Positions 44,985-48,487 of a stretch of 48,487 nucleotides of DNA are shown piece by piece. The position numbers and the translations under genes were made by a program. Location of the stretch: positions 1 to 48,487 of the forward strand of contig MFRW01000004.1 of NCBI GenBank assembly GCA_001786575.1. The letters run 5' to 3'. Origin of the DNA: Candidatus Moranbacteria bacterium RIFCSPHIGHO2_01_FULL_55_24 (GTDB taxonomy: Bacteria > Patescibacteriota > Minisyncoccia > Moranbacterales > UBA1568). The notes under the pieces were generated by a model. That model searched no databases. It was not told where the DNA came from and saw only the letters and a program-made list of their open reading frames with translations. Positions within the stretch are counted from its first letter, which is position 1. The number at the start of each line of letters is the position of its first letter.

Positions 44985-46109
44985 ATGAGTAATAAACAAA
45001 AGGTTGTCATTCTGCTGGTCGCTCTGGTGATTGCCGGGCTCGCCAGCTATTTTTTCTTCTGGAAGAAAGAGGCTCGCCAGCCGATCGAACTCGAGAAAAA
45101 GGGGCTGCCAGTCCAGACCGGACCTCTGAATGAAGGGAACATCAGCCCGATTTCCGGACTCCCGTGCGATAACTGGAACCGCCGCTCTATAGCGGTGATG
45201 CAGCCGGGAGACGTGACAGCGCGTCCGGCAGCCGGATTCGGAGCGGCGGATATGGTGATAGAGATGCCGGTCATTACGGCGTCCATCACGCGCCTCATGG
45301 GAATCTATATCTGCAATACCCCGCCGGAAGTCGGCTCGATGCGGAGCGCGCGCCATGACTTCATCCATCTTGCCAAGGGTCTCGACGCCATCTTCGTCTC
45401 ATGGGGACGCTCGGAATCGCATTCCGAGACCGATCCGGTCGGTCTTGCCAAGGGCATCCTCGACCGCAACGAAGTGGAGAACATCAACTGCAATGGCGAT
45501 GCGGGAAAATCCGCGAATGCCTGCCCGGTGAATCCCTGCTTCCGCAAGGAGGGGATGGCTCGCGGCGTGGACAGCGGCTACGGCAAACCGGCTGACTTCC
45601 TGGCCTGCGCCCAAAACTTCGGTTACCGCATGGAGAACAAATTCGTCGGATACAAACACGCCGCAGAAGCGCCAGTAGAGAACCGCGCCAAGGGCGGACA
45701 CTTGCGTGTCGCCTTCGCAGGCCCGTTCGCGGCGGAATATGATTACGATCAGGAGAGCAATAGCTACAAGCGCATCTGGGGCAATGTGGCGGATGTAGAT
45801 CGGAATACCAACGAACGTCTCGCGCCGAAAAACGTCGTCGTGATTATGGCTCAATCGGAACAGATCGAAGGGCAGTACAACAACCTGCAGCTGGGCGACC
45901 CGTGGTATGACCACACCGACAGCGGCGATGCGTTCTACTATATGAACGGGCAGGAAATCCGCGGTACCTGGAAGAAGGACAAGTCGAGTATCGACAGCAA
46001 GCTCTTCTTCCTCGACGAGTCGGGCAACGAGATCGCTTTCGTCCCGGGCCAGATCTGGGTCGAGGTGCTCGAGCCGGGCCAGAGCCTCCGATGGGTTCCT
46101 GTAAACTAG
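44985..46109 (+). CDS. DUF3048-like membrane-anchored protein
   Basis: SPISG, RP.AG...AD.V.E, ITRL, RSAR, NVVV and GQIWV motifs. Confidence 0.8.
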   Translation: MSNKQKVVILLVALVIAGLASYFFFWKKEARQPIELEKKGLPVQTGPLNEGNISPISGLPCDNWNRRSIAVMQPGDVTARPAAGFGAADMVIEMPVITASITRLMGIYICNTPPEVGSMRSARHDFIHLAKGLDAIFVSWGRSESHSETDPVGLAKGILDRNEVENINCNGDAGKSANACPVNPCFRKEGMARGVDSGYGKPADFLACAQNFGYRMENKFVGYKHAAEAPVENRAKGGHLRVAFAGPFAAEYDYDQESNSYKRIWGNVADVDRNTNERLAPKNVVVIMAQSEQIEGQYNNLQLGDPWYDHTDSGDAFYYMNGQEIRGTWKKDKSSIDSKLFFLDESGNEIAFVPGQIWVEVLEPGQSLRWVPVN

Positions 46110-46129
46110 CCAAGAGCACATCATTGAGA

Positions 46130-46156
46130 AAAACAGCCCGGGCCTCGGGCTGTTTT
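46130..46156. terminator. Intrinsic terminator
   Basis: AAAACAGCCCG-GGCCT-CGGGCTGTTTT. Confidence 0.8.
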
Positions 46157-46207
46157 GCTATACTAGGGGACTGGAGAGAGATTTGAATTTTCTAGAATCC
46201 GTACCAT

Positions 46208-47170
46208 ATGATCCGTTTCATTTCCGGCAACGATCTTTTCCTGCTTGGCCGGCGGCGCCGCGAGCTCCAAGAGGCTTTTCTCGCATCTTCTCCGGAAGCC
46301 GAGCTGTTCGTGTTCGATTTCGAGGATCAGGGCAGACCGGAGGATGTGAACCGTTTTTTTCAGGCGTGCGAGGCAGGGCTCTTCGCGGCTCCGAAAATGC
46401 TCATAGCGTTCCATCCGCTTGCGCTTGCGGCGGAAGCGGGCGAGCGTCTGGAAAAATTTCTGGAGACGGCGGCTCTCACGGAACGGGACGACGTGACGCT
46501 TCTTTTCATCGAACCGGGGAATCCCAAGAAGAGCGATCCGCTCATGAAGTGGTTCGCGAAGCATGCGCAAAGCGAAGTCCTCGCAGCGCTTGAAGAACGC
46601 GGACAGGAGAAGCTGGTTTTAGAAGAGCTCGCGCGCCTCGGATCCGGCGCACGCTTCTCTCGCGAAGGACTCCGGCTCTTCTTGGCGCGGGCAGGGAAGG
46701 ATACGGCGAACCTGTGTACGGAACTGGAGAAGCTGGCGCTGTATCGGGCAGGCGAAGAAATCCGCCCGGCAGATGTAGAGCTCATGGTCGGAAGCGATAA
46801 GGAAGACACTGTGTTCCAGGCACTCGATGCCCTCGCGCGCGGCGATCGGGGCACGGCGCTTCTCTTGTTCCGCAACGCAGCGGAAAACAAAGAAGGGGTA
46901 TTGCCGCTCCTCGCGCTCTGCGCCTGGCAGCTCCGGCAGTTCATGATGGTGCGTGAAGCCTCCGACAGTGGACTGCGGGAGAGCGGCCAGATAGCGAAGC
47001 AGACCGGGATCTCGCCATTCGTGGCGGGCAAAGCGCTTCGGGTGACGGGGGAGTTTCCGCTGGCGCGGACCCGGCGCGGACTCCGGATGCTGGCGGAAGC
47101 GGATCAGGAAATCAAGCGAGGCGATACCGATAGCCTGCTCGCACTCGATCTCTTTATCTCGCGCCTCTGA
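46208..47170 (+). CDS. holA: DNA polymerase III delta subunit
   Basis: G.D.F start, GLF, ELEKLALY, VFQALDA and D.EIK.G motifs; adjacent to rpsT. Confidence 0.9.
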   Translation: MIRFISGNDLFLLGRRRRELQEAFLASSPEAELFVFDFEDQGRPEDVNRFFQACEAGLFAAPKMLIAFHPLALAAEAGERLEKFLETAALTERDDVTLLFIEPGNPKKSDPLMKWFAKHAQSEVLAALEERGQEKLVLEELARLGSGARFSREGLRLFLARAGKDTANLCTELEKLALYRAGEEIRPADVELMVGSDKEDTVFQALDALARGDRGTALLLFRNAAENKEGVLPLLALCAWQLRQFMMVREASDSGLRESGQIAKQTGISPFVAGKALRVTGEFPLARTRRGLRMLAEADQEIKRGDTDSLLALDLFISRL

Positions 47171-47177
47171 AAAACCA

Positions 47178-47205
47178 AAAACCCTCTCCGGAAAGAGAGG
47201 GTTTT
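47178..47205. terminator. Bidirectional terminator between holA and rpsT
   Basis: AAAACCCTCTC-CGGAAA-GAGAGGGTTTT. Confidence 0.85.
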
Positions 47206-47230
47206 ATTTTTTCGGTAAGGTGCGCCAGGA

Positions 47231-47500
47231 TTATTTCTGGGCCGCCTTTTTGACGAGAGCGTTCAGGCGGGACTTCTTGCGGGCAGCGGTATTCTTCTTG
47301 ATGATCTTCTTCTGGGCTGCCTTGTCGATAGCCTTCTGGGCTTTCTTGAACAGATCTTTGGCTTCGGAGAGGTTTCCGGCCTGGGCCGCCTCCCGGGTCT
47401 TGCGCACAGCGCTCTTGAGCACGCCCTTTACGATCTTGTTCTGGGCCGTCCGGCGCGCAGTCTGGCGCATGTACTTCTCGGCTGACTTCTTGATTGGCAT
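47231..47500 (-). CDS. rpsT: 30S ribosomal protein S20
   Basis: MPIKKSA.K..RQ and IDKAA.K.II.KN.AAR.KSRL motifs. Confidence 0.97.
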   Translation of the reverse strand: MPIKKSAEKYMRQTARRTAQNKIVKGVLKSAVRKTREAAQAGNLSEAKDLFKKAQKAIDKAAQKKIIKKNTAARKKSRLNALVKKAAQK

Positions 47501-47647
47501 ATCAATGCGATAATTTAGTGGCTAAATAACACGACGAACATGGATTTGAGACATACCCTTTCTACCATGCTTCACCTGTCTTGACAAGACGCGACTTTTT
47601 CCGCGGGAATGCCCGCGTGTTACAATGGGACGGAACGGAAAAACATT

Positions 47648-48214
47648 ATGATAGCGCGACTTTCAGGAAATATAGCGGCCATCAAGGGGAACAGCGTCAT
47701 CCTCATGGTCGGAGGCGTCGGATACCAGGTGGCTGTGACCGTATACGCTCTCGGCAAGCTCGCAGGCCAAGACGAAGTGATGCTTCACATCCACACCCAC
47801 GTGCGCGAAGACGCGCTCCTTCTCTATGGTTTTCTCGACGAGGAAGAGCTCCACATGTTCGAGCTTCTCATCACGATCTCCGGAATCGGCCCGAAAGTGG
47901 CCCTTTCCATCCTCTCGATTGCCGATACCAAGACCATCCGTACGGCTATCGTGAACAAGGACCCGAGCATCCTCTACCGGGTTTCCGGAGTGGGGAAGAA
48001 GACGGCCGAGCGTGTCATTATCGAGCTCCAGAACAAGGTAGAAGCGGTGGATCTCGCCGACCAGGAAGGGGCGCTCGCCGACCAGGAGGCCCTCGAAGCC
48101 CTTACGGCGCTCGGCTATTCTGTCACCCAGGCTCGCGATGCGTTGAAGCAGGTGCCGAAAGAAGGCGACATCAGCGGCCGCATCCGCCAGGCTCTCAAGA
48201 ATTTAGGCAAGTAG
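47648..48214 (+). CDS. ruvA: Holliday junction DNA-binding protein
   Basis: GVGY, LYGF, GIGPK.AL, GVGKKTAER and AL.ALGY motifs; start at MIARLSG. Confidence 0.97.
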   Translation: MIARLSGNIAAIKGNSVILMVGGVGYQVAVTVYALGKLAGQDEVMLHIHTHVREDALLLYGFLDEEELHMFELLITISGIGPKVALSILSIADTKTIRTAIVNKDPSILYRVSGVGKKTAERVIIELQNKVEAVDLADQEGALADQEALEALTALGYSVTQARDALKQVPKEGDISGRIRQALKNLGK

Positions 48215-48487
48215 ATGGACCAGCACGAGAATTTTCTCAAAACCCATGCCAAAGACGGGGGATTGCTCCAATCAGCGGCCTGGGGAGCGTTTCAGCGGGC
48301 TCTCGGCAAGGAGACGCTCCTCCTTGGAGATGGGAGTTCTTACTGTGCGCAGGGAATAACGGAGAAAGCCCCGCTTGCGAGTTTCATATATTTTCCGCGC
48401 GGGCCCGTAGTGGCTCCGGATGCCGGAGAGGAAGCGTTTCGGGCTATAGCGGAGGCAGGTTCGGAGAGTCAGGCCGCTTGGATCCGT
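48215..48487 (+). CDS. FemABX-family peptidoglycan peptidyltransferase (partial, runs off the window)
   Basis: Hand translation: MDQHENFLKTHAKDGGLLQSAAWGAFQ...FIYFPRGPVV. Confidence 0.8.
   Translation, partial: MDQHENFLKTHAKDGGLLQSAAWGAFQRALGKETLLLGDGSSYCAQGITEKAPLASFIYFPRGPVVAPDAGEEAFRAIAEAGSESQAAWIR

Noticed and set aside
34384-48214. Split ruvA vs ruvB/ruvC arrangement as a novelty
   Set aside because: All three genes are intact, and dispersal of ruv genes is common
1-48487. Alternative genetic code 25 (TGA=Gly)
   Set aside because: Conserved genes such as holA and the UDG end at TGA at their expected lengths, and no conserved gene is broken by TGA

Overview
Origin-of-replication region of a small-genome bacterium, most likely Patescibacteria/CPR (Parcubacteria-like). 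This is inferred from CPR-type pilin, bPH and DHH families, rare Shine-Dalgarno sites and TGA used as stop (code 11); no database search was run. The core content is rpmH-rnpA-yidC-jag divergent from dnaA-oriC-dnaN-dciA, a surface-glycan cluster, sod-nrdAB, PBP1A, an ATP-grasp/7TM cluster, ruvABC, pilB, tsaE, polA, mutM, holA, rplS, rpsT, rbfA and nine tRNAs. The most striking observation is missing from the ORF track. Eleven perfect parS centromere palindromes (ATGTTCCACGTGGAACAT, 54-884) lie in frame inside an unbroken O-antigen-ligase-like membrane-protein ORF (minus strand, ATG at 1121, running off the left edge), and they occur only in alternate inter-helix loops. Other highlights: an HTH-LAGLIDADG-like gene flanked by a duplication of the tRNA-Arg 5' end, with similar 5'-fragment scars upstream of tRNA-Ala, -Gly and -Ile2; a tRNA-Gly-integrated islet with a three-gene HigBA-like module; an unannotated ~230-nt structured RNA with its own promoter and terminator; and a pilin fused to a putative zinc peptidase domain.
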